64,000 bases of DNA, from the NCBI GenBank assembly GCA_951406725.2, contig OX597815.1, forward strand, positions 89,962,001-90,026,000, in the 5' to 3' direction. The notes under the pieces are model-generated. The model was not told where the DNA came from. It did no database searches and was given only the letters and a program-made list of their open reading frames with translations. Positions 55,448 to 64,000 of this stretch are shown one piece after another (within the stretch, counting starts at the first letter, position 1; each line of letters opens with the position of its first letter). Source of the DNA: Octopus vulgaris. Lineage: Eukaryota. The translations under genes and the position numbers were made by a program.

Positions 55448-55664
55448 GGAAGAATGTATAGCAATTTTAGGAATGTAAATGTCTCAACATGTATACTCTG
55501 TGTGAGATAAAATTCGAATTTGCCTTCTTTAGTAGGTGTAATGACTGTGCATTAGTGTTCTCGAAAGCGACTGTGTTGTCTTGTTCCCTCCGTTTCACAT
55601 GACTTACCTTATTTAAGCGGTCCACAGGGTGTGGGTACTGGCAACATACAAAATCCTTTCTGCT

Positions 55665-55868
55665 ATAAACACATGGACTGAAATATTTTGTAGGGAAGTG
55701 GGGCTCGACGGTAACATAGGCCCCAGTGCATGACTGGTACTTATAGACTTCGATAGAATGGAAAGCAAAGGCGGTTACGGCGGAATTTAAACGCAAAACA
55801 CAAAGACGGACGAAATTCCGCTAAGCATTTTATCCGGCATGCTAACGATTCAACCAGCTCGCCGCCTT
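55665..55868 (-). mobile_element. Deu/Nin-like SINE, opposite orientation
   Basis: Ends ...gctaagcattttatccggcatgctaacgattcaaccagctcgccgcctt, the reverse complement of the SINE head. Confidence 0.8.
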
Positions 55869-56059
55869 ACTGGCTACATAGATACTGAAATATCAGCAGG
55901 TATCGGTTGATTATGACAGGTCTTTGGGAATTAGACTTTGAGACGTATCATAATGTAATTTCTGATAAATTAACATAATATTCCTCTGTAAAACACGAAC
56001 ACTCAGGTCCCCAATATGTGCAATTGTGGTGGTTAGCTGCACCATTTAATTTAAATGTA

Positions 56060-56372
56060 GCTTCTCCCTCTTCTATAGTATCGCTCAAAAACTCCACTTT
56101 TCTGCCCGGATCGTCTTCATTTTCCCCATTGCAGCGCTCGAAAATGCGATGGTCGCATGATTATGAAATTGATACATCACGACTCGCTTGCCACAGAGAT
56201 ATTCTTAAACACTGGAAATGCATTGTTAAAATTTTCTCTTGCTTTGGTGAGTTCTTCGGCATCCGCAGTCTTCTGCAACGTATCTTGTAGTCATTCTGAA
56301 CAGCTCCAGTTTTAAGTAGCATTATAGAATAAAACTCCTGTGTTCAAAACTTTGACTGGCTCCCTTCGTTAT
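56060..56372 (-). mobile_element. Tc1/mariner-superfamily transposase relic
   Basis: ISLWQASRDVSIS*SCDHRIFERC...NEDDPGRKVEF, resembling [22 protein letters not shown]...LNEDDPDRRVEF. Confidence 0.6.
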
Positions 56373-57149
56373 TTCTAAGGTTTTAAATATAAAAGAAAGT
56401 GACTATTAAGTTATCAGCTGTTAAATTGTATATTCATTTTTAGGTATACCCTTTATATATGCAAGTTAAAAAGGAGCACATGCTTAAGTACATGTGACAT
56501 TACTAACCGGGTGTTGTCCGTTAACGCTGATAGATTTATCATGTATTTCTATTCAACATCATTCTTTTAAACCCTTGAAACTCTGTTTATAAATCGGCTT
56601 GGCCAGCCTTCCTGCATTTAGTCGGTCTACTTATAAAATTGTTTTACCTACACCGATGAAAAACAGATTAAACGCTCCTGATGATAACCTTCTTTTTTAC
56701 ATCTGTGTTTTTATTTTGTATCATTGAAGTCTCTAGGCTCTGCCACAGTTTGCCCGATGATAAATTGAAAATGTCAAGAACGTGACAACAAACAAATTTG
56801 ATTTAATAACATGAGCATGTTTGGTAAAAATATTTCACATCAGTTGAACTTCTTTTCCAAAGTAGATAAACTTTCTAGCGTATGTCACATGTTTTAATCA
56901 AAACTAAGGTTATATTCAGTGCACATTAGAAATATGACATTGCGATATTATCCATTGCCATGTAGAGACAACCATACTTTCATCAATACACAAAAATAAC
57001 AATTTGTTTATGAATGTATATGAATATATGTCAATATAAATATAGAGACAATCATAAATACATTTATATGGATATCCTTATACAATAATCATTATTTTAT
57101 TGGCATTCATGAGTACATCTGTTTATCTGTTCATCATATATATACTTGT

Positions 57150-57720
57150 TATCAGTTCAAATATGATTCAGATATATTCGAACCCGTAAGAAAGTCATTC
57201 ACTATTTTATTTCGTCAAGGACAAAATTTTCGATACAGAGAGAAAGGTATAAACGCATCCAGTCCTTTTTCCTTAACTGAACTGCTACATCGCATGCTTT
57301 TCGGAATAATATCTCCGATTCAGTGACAGGTACAGAAAAGGTAAACGATACGAATTGACATGAAAGACCAGCTCCTGTTATGATGTTCCCGTCATCGCTG
57401 AATAATTAGTTGCACTATTAAGCGACTCGCCGTAATTAAAATAAGGGGTGATAAACAGTGATGCATATAAATACAAACTTGTGACCAATTGAAATACGCT
57501 TGAGATATATTTGAAGGTGTAAGAAAATCATTCATTGTATTTTGTTATGGAGAAATGCTCTAGCTGTTGACAGAAAGGTGAGTTTCCTGCGCAGTCTATT
57601 CGTCGCAGAGTGAGATCTACCGTGTGACTATGTAATGAAGCTGACTGATTTTTTTTTTTAAAGCCTGGTGCGTTAACTTGCCATGAAATATTTTGAAATG
57701 TAGTCTGTTATATTACAGCT
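57150..57720 (+). mobile_element. Decayed RTE-BovB-like RT fragment
   Basis: FYFVKDKIFDTER (cf. FVDLTKAFDTV.R), FRNNISDS..PAPVMMF, CAVYSSQSEI (cf. CALVAHS..EL). Confidence 0.35.
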
Positions 57721-57824
57721 CAGTTATATTTCTCTCTCTGCCTGTATCTCTCTCCGTCTTTCTCACTATCTGACACACACACACACACATACATACTCAC
57801 AAACACACACATATATGTGTGTGT

Positions 57825-60709
57825 TTATAAACAACGCCAAAGCGAGGTAATAAAACGAATAAAATATATCAAGTTTAACTTCAGGGAAGCAGAAGCAAAA
57901 TTCTTTTAGGCTTCCAGCATATGCTCTTCTACAAAATCGAGAGAGAAAGAACAAACGTGTCTCAAACAGCCAACGAATGCTGAAATGACCAGAAGTACGA
58001 AGCGTTCGGTGGGGGTGGTCGTTGACAAGAGGCATAACTCGGAGAGGTGACTTGTGGCGAGGATGGCATGGCGCAAACTAGGAATCTGGCCTATATGTAT
58101 GAAAGCGAGCACGTGCGCGTGTGTGAGGCTGATGTGTGTTTGTATATTTGTGTTTCTGCATGTTCATATACATGTGTGTGTCCATGTTTCGGTTTATGTG
58201 TGTTTGTGTGAGGCTATCTGACATACGTGTGTCTGTGAAAGTGCATGTCTGTGTATGAAGCTATAGTGTGCCTTTCTACTGCGTATGTTTGGGCGTGTGT
58301 GTATGATACTTGATAGAGATGTTATGTGGAATAAAGGTGAGAAAAGTTGTATGAATTGGGAAATGTAGGTGTGTTATTATATATTAATTGCAAAGGTAGG
58401 TATCACGAGGAAAATAATGGAATTTTTGGTGGCAGTGTGTGTGGAGTAGGAAGAAGTAATGTATAAATGCAACTTTATGCATATGCAGTTTCAATGTGTT
58501 GGTGTGCGTGTGGTGTTAGGCAGTGAGTTCAATATTGTAGTGTTAGTGTGTGGAACTTAGAAATTGAGACAGAGGAATCGTAAGTGGTGGGTGGTGTCTG
58601 TAAGTGTGTGTGAAGGAAAGGCTTAAATCAAAAGGGGTGATGATTTCGACTGCGAGGGATTGAAGTCGGGGAAGAAAAAATAATTCTAGCTTCAGACGAA
58701 GACGGTTTGTACAGATGTTGCAGGAAAGACTAGTTGAGCAGAAATGGCGCGAGACTGTGGTGTCGTTACTGAGTCAGCGGTCACGAAGTCACTCGGCAAA
58801 AGCTCCGCCTGATATCGACCAGTTTGTCCAAAATACACAGCGTGGCGAAGTGAGGAGGATATGTGGTTAATAGGATTACTTAAGGTGTAAGGAGTCGGTG
58901 ACTTAGATGAAACAGTTGTGTGTACCAGTGAGGACGCTGACGTTAGAGGAAGTGATGAGAGCAGCAGTATAGGCGAGAACAAGGGAATTTGCAATGTTGA
59001 GTGCCGTGCGCGAGGAAAGAGCTACAGACTAGTCGGTCAGTTACGATGCAATCACGTTTGCAAGAAGGGAAAGGCGGGTTGGGGAAGATGCGGGCGTGAT
59101 CCCATAAGAGTTGAGATGACAGAAAGCGGGTAAAGTAATGTATTGGTGGGGTAGGTTGAGGGGATGGGGGTTAAGGCGAATTGGGAGGTGGGCAAGGTCA
59201 TGACGAGTGCGAGTAGAGAGGACTGACGCTTGGGTTATAACCTTGATGTGATTTGTCCGCCATAGCGCTTACTAGATAGCTTGCGGAGACGATGAGTAGG
59301 AGTTGAACAGTTTGATGTATGTATGACGAGAGAATGTAGTCTGACACGGTGCACAAATTGTTGAACCTTCTACTAAAGAGAAAAAGCCCAGCTGCATATA
59401 GCGGAAGCTGAGACGGATTAGTCACAGCAGAGTGAAGAGGGGTGGAAATGGTGTAAAATGGTGGTGAGGACGGTGTGGTGGTAGGTACGGTCAGCTGAGA
59501 TGAATAGGGAAAGAAGAGGCAATAGGTGCGGGGTGTCAGGGGAGGGGGGATAAGAAAGTGGTCAGTGGTGGGGTTTGGGTGCGATTGGTAGGCATTATCA
59601 GGAGTGGGGGAGGTGGTGGGTGTACTGACGTTGTGTGGGACAAGACAGAGGGATGATTGGAATTTGAAGTGCTTGGTGCGAGCAAGAAAGTCGTGGAGAA
59701 AGCGGTTGAGGTGGAGGATGAAACGGATGTGAAGTGGACAGCGAATCGGAGCAGCAGAAAAAGACGATGAAATAGGCAAGTAAGAGAAATCCGTCATGGG
59801 TTCATATTTTGAAATTAGAGAGGATGGTTGAAAACATGAGGCGGAGGAGAAGTGGTATCGAGGATGGGCTCGATGGAAGTGGCAGACTGAGAAGTAGGGT
59901 AGAAATGGAAAATGAAACATATAGAGAAAGAAGCAGTGACTGAGGACGGAGATATATTGTGGATGGCGGATTTGTTCTTTGTTGTGAGTGGTTCTTCGAC
60001 GGAGTAATATTCGTGTTTGGCCAATGTGCTGATTACCGCATCCGAAGCAGGTAATGGCATAGATAAGGTTTCTCGAGGCACAGGTGAAATTTGATTTAAT
60101 CTTAAATATTTTACCTTGTTTAAAGTGGAACTCCGAACCCCACAAAAGCTGGGAGCATGTGCCGCAGCTAGGTCGACCACATTTTTTCACTTTTAGTTCC
60201 GTCGTTAATGTATATAGTCTTGCGCTGGTTAATATTTTTGTCAATGATTTCGGTTGCATTTTGCTTTTGATAATTTTGTGTGAGCCTAAAAGTTTGTTCA
60301 TTGTTTTATCTCCTGTGAGGATGGTTAGATTTTGGATAATGATGCTGAAGGCCTCATTGTTTCTAGGGTTGTGTGTGGAGATGTATGGGAGCATTTTTAA
60401 GTCTGGTGTAGTATTTCGGTTGACTTCCCTTAATATTCGTATGTCTATTTCCTTTGCTCGTTTAATGCCATCATTTATTAATGATATTGGGTAATGTCTT
60501 TTCATTAGTATTGATCTGAATTCAAGTAGTCTTCGTTCACGAGTATAGGTGTCCGAAACTATAGTACAGATTCTTTTCGCTAGATTATAAGGTTATATTA
60601 ATTATTATGTGTTTGGAGTTGAATAATAAGTATTGTTTTGAATCTGTGGGCTTACAGAAGATGTCTATTTCGATGTGGTTATTGACTATTTTATTTAGGA
60701 TGTCAAGAA
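57825..60709 (-). mobile_element. 5'-truncated Penelope-like element (thumb, Cys linker, partial GIY-YIG, ~2-kb 3' region)
   Basis: FLDIL..IEIDIFCKPTDSKQYL; ORF 59198-60505 KRHYPISLINDGIKRAKE...KKCGRPSCGTCSQL...FTCASRNLIYAITCFGCGNQHIGQTRILLRRR. Confidence 0.9.
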
Positions 60710-60923
60710 TGAGATTAAGTCCGAAATTTATTCAATATAGAAATAACGAACTTTAAAAAGATTCTGTTGTCTAGCTTCCCGATTTCAGCACGACGTGTAT
60801 TTATAGAGAGTGTATAATATGTGGAAATTGACGACTTAAAGTCTGTTAACAGCATATTGGCATGGAAATAATTTTTCTTTTACCCTTGTTTATAAGTTGT
60901 ATATGTATATATATATATATATA

Positions 60924-61580
60924 TGGCCAAAACATTCGTTACGTTTTTATCGACACTTAAACTCCAAACATTCTAATAACTTACTTTAGTCTATCTCTTG
61001 GGTGTTCTTCAACGTAGTTCGACGGAAATTTGTAGTGAAACTGGAAATATAGAACTAAAACAAACATATCGATACATCGTGCTTTGTTATATTAAATAAA
61101 ATGGACAAGAAAGCGGTGGATACCTGCAGGAAAATATGAGCTATGTGCAGAGAAGATGGTGTTATGGAGAAGATGTTTGTGAAAAAATCCTTTTAACAAT
61201 TTTAATTGGACAATTTCTCTGTTCAAGTTGCACCTTGTTCTATCCGGTCAATTGAGATTGGCAGCAACACTCATCCTTGTAATTGAACGAGGATGATCGT
61301 AGATGTTTCTCCGAAATACAATTGGAGTTTTGAAAATTCTTGCCTCAACGTAAATATGTTAGCAGTCTCGATGTTTGGGTGCCAGATAAACTGAATGAGG
61401 TTAATCTTGCCCAACAAATTTCTACCTGTATTTCACTTCGGAAACGAGAGGAAAACTTCCCTTTTTTCAAGACAATGTTCACAGTCGGTACGAATTGTAT
61501 CGTCAATAACAATGTGGAGTGCAAACGGTAATAAGGCAGAAATAACCTCCGAAGAAGAACTTCATTCGAAGATGGTTATG

Positions 61581-61581
<1 letters not shown>
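60924..61581 (+). mobile_element. mariner transposon 5' portion (copy A)
   Basis: Contains LDVWVPDKL (WVPHEL motif); aligns with 61660-62320; bounded by (TA)n. Confidence 0.85.
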
Positions 61582-61647
<66 letters not shown>

Positions 61648-61651
61648 CATC

Positions 61652-62771
61652 TATCGGGTGGCCAAGAAATTGGTTACGTTTTTATCGACACTTAAACTCC
61701 AAACATACTAATAACTTACTTCAGTCTATCTCTTGGGTGTTCTTCAACGTAGTTCGACGGAAATTTATAGCGAAACTGGAAATATAGAACTAAAACAAAC
61801 ATATCGACACATCGTGCTTTGTTAGAGTAAATAAAATGTGCAAGAAAGCGGTGGATACCTGCAGGAAAATATGAACTATGTGCGGAGAAGATGGTGTTAT
61901 GGAGAAGATTTTTGGAGATGTTTGTTTGTGAAAAAATTCTTTTAAAGATTTTGATCGGACAATTTTTCGGTTCAAGCTGCACCTCGTTCTGGCCAGTCAA
62001 TTGAGATAAACAGCAACACCAATCCTCGTATTGCGACCAAGATGATCGTAGATATTTCTCCGAAATACAATTGGAGCTTTGAAAATTGCTGTCTCAACGT
62101 AGATATGTTAGCAGGCTCGATAGATAAACTGAATAAGGTTAATCTTGCCCAATGAATTTCTACCTGTATTTCGCTTCGGAAACGAGAAGAAAACTTTCCT
62201 TTTTTCAAGACAATATTCACTGTCGGTACAAAAATGTATCGTCAATAACAATGTGGAGTGCAAACGGTAATAAGGCAGAAATAACCTCCAAAGCAGAACT
62301 TCATTCGAAGAAGGTTATGCTTTTAACTTAGTTAGATTGGAAGGGTATTCTAATTTATGAGTTTCTTCGGACAGTTTATCACTTCGGATGTGTACTGTGA
62401 TCACCAGGACAAATTAAACGCATTGATCCCCCAGAAGCGTCCATCTCTTAATAATCTTAAGATACCGGGGCTTGGTTTGGAGGTTTTTCCACAGAATTCT
62501 TATTCGCCTGATATTACGCCTTCAGATTCTCACATTTTCCGGTCTTTTCCGAATTCATTGAATGGACGGATATTCAACTCTGAAGAGAATAGAAAAATTC
62601 ACTTAAAAGTGTTTTCAGCAAGCAATAACAGGAAATTATTTGAGCAGGAACTAATTGATCTACCCACAAGAACAAATTGGTAATTATATCATTGATTGAA
62701 TAAAATACTTTGTTTTTATAGCCTATCTTATTTTCGCTTACAAAACTGAACAATCCTTCTAACCAATCCTA
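61652..62771 (+). mobile_element. mariner transposon, decayed near-full-length (copy B)
   Basis: ORF 62357-62683 LGLEVFPQNSYSPDITPSDSHIFRSFPNSLNG (YSPDLAPSD motif); TIR-like ends tatcgggtggccaagaaattggttacg / aactgaacaatccttctaaccaatccta. Confidence 0.9.
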
Positions 62772-63718
62772 CATGTGATGTGTGTGTGCGTGCGTGCGTG
62801 TGTATGTGCGTGTGTGCGCGCGTGCGTGCGTGTTCTCACACGTGCACAAACTTACATTCCTACACGCAATTACAATAAGTTGTTACCAAACAGAAAATCT
62901 TATATAAAGTCTAAATCTATTACCTTTTCTTACAAAAATGACATAATTTTTGCATTACGGCTTTCCCAAGATAGTATTCAAATAATTCCCGTGCAACATA
63001 AATCTCACTCTTATATTTTCATAAATGATAATTTTGACGTTACCTAATATCAATCATTACTATGGATGAGTGAATATTCTATGAGTTGAACAGTTCTATA
63101 TTTTCGAATATTATTCTATCGACATGAAAATATATTAATAAAAGTTATCCTGTTTTATATACTCTGCTGTCTCATCATAACTAGTGTAATATGTGATGCC
63201 ATTAGTTATAATAATGACGCGGTAATTTTTTCTATAAATCTTTGTAGCTCCATGTGCATATATTTGTTTTTAAATGCATGTATTTTTTTCATATTTTGTA
63301 GCGTTAACTCAATCTGTGTATGTGTTTATTCACATAATAATTGATCCTACCAAATATACTTTAACACATATATACCCACATTGAAAATATATATTTATAT
63401 ATAAATGCATGTTTTATGAATGCAGAAAACGCTACAATTTCCCATGTATTACATTCCAAAATAACATGTTTATATAACTACTTCTTCTGAATTAACATAG
63501 ATTTCCAAACATAAAGCGCATTGATTTCGACAAGAAACCTATAATAATTTCTTTTTAGATATTACTCATTCATGCTGATGTTTTTCGTAGGTCTAATAAT
63601 TAATTTAATGAATAAGAAAAAAACACCCAACAGAAACTGCTTAAATTATAGATATTTTATGATCAGATTAATGCAACATTGTATATAGTTTTGGATATGT
63701 AGATGGTAACGAGAGTAA

Positions 63719-63774
<56 letters not shown>

Positions 63775-64000
63775 TACTGAATTCTAACTAATTTGTTTAT
63801 CGTGCATTTGGTTGCCTTCTCACAATAGATTTACAGAGTTTAAACCTCATTGGAAATAAATGTTAACATATCGTTTTAGTTGCATACTTATAAGTTATTT
63901 CTATGTATTGTAATTGTATTATTAAAGCTGTATAGCAAGGTTGTTTGAATGTCGTGTTCTAGGAAGTTAGTGATGATTGTAATATTTTGGGCATAAATTT

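Noticed and set aside
63260-63450. Imperfect inverted repeat (ttgtagcgtt / aacgctacaa)
   Set aside because: Short, AT-rich and degenerate; at most a MITE relic that cannot be supported.

Overview
AT-rich, microsatellite-dense eukaryotic DNA. The tRNA-derived SINE families and the repeat mix suggest an octopus (coleoid cephalopod) genome; this is inferred, not proven. I found no intact, recognisable host gene: most ORFs in the supplied track are translated microsatellites or decayed transposon fragments. The window is a transposon graveyard. It holds at least four Penelope-like elements with C-terminal GIY-YIG (Neptune-like) and possibly one Naiad-like copy, R4/Dong-type RLE LINEs, CR1 3' ends, many RTE relics, a Helitron Pif1 relic, Tc1/mariner transposons and MITEs, and several SINEs. 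The most notable signal is a set of type I hammerhead-ribozyme motifs (best at 20087-20136, 43911-43953 and 47258-47290). They lie in short (TA)n-bounded modules, in a ~350-bp partial tandem unit, in a perfect 52-bp fold-back, and in Penelope 3' ends, pointing to a ribozyme-bearing Penelope/retrozyme system that favours (TA)n microsatellites. All family assignments come from manual translation and motif recall; no database search was run.
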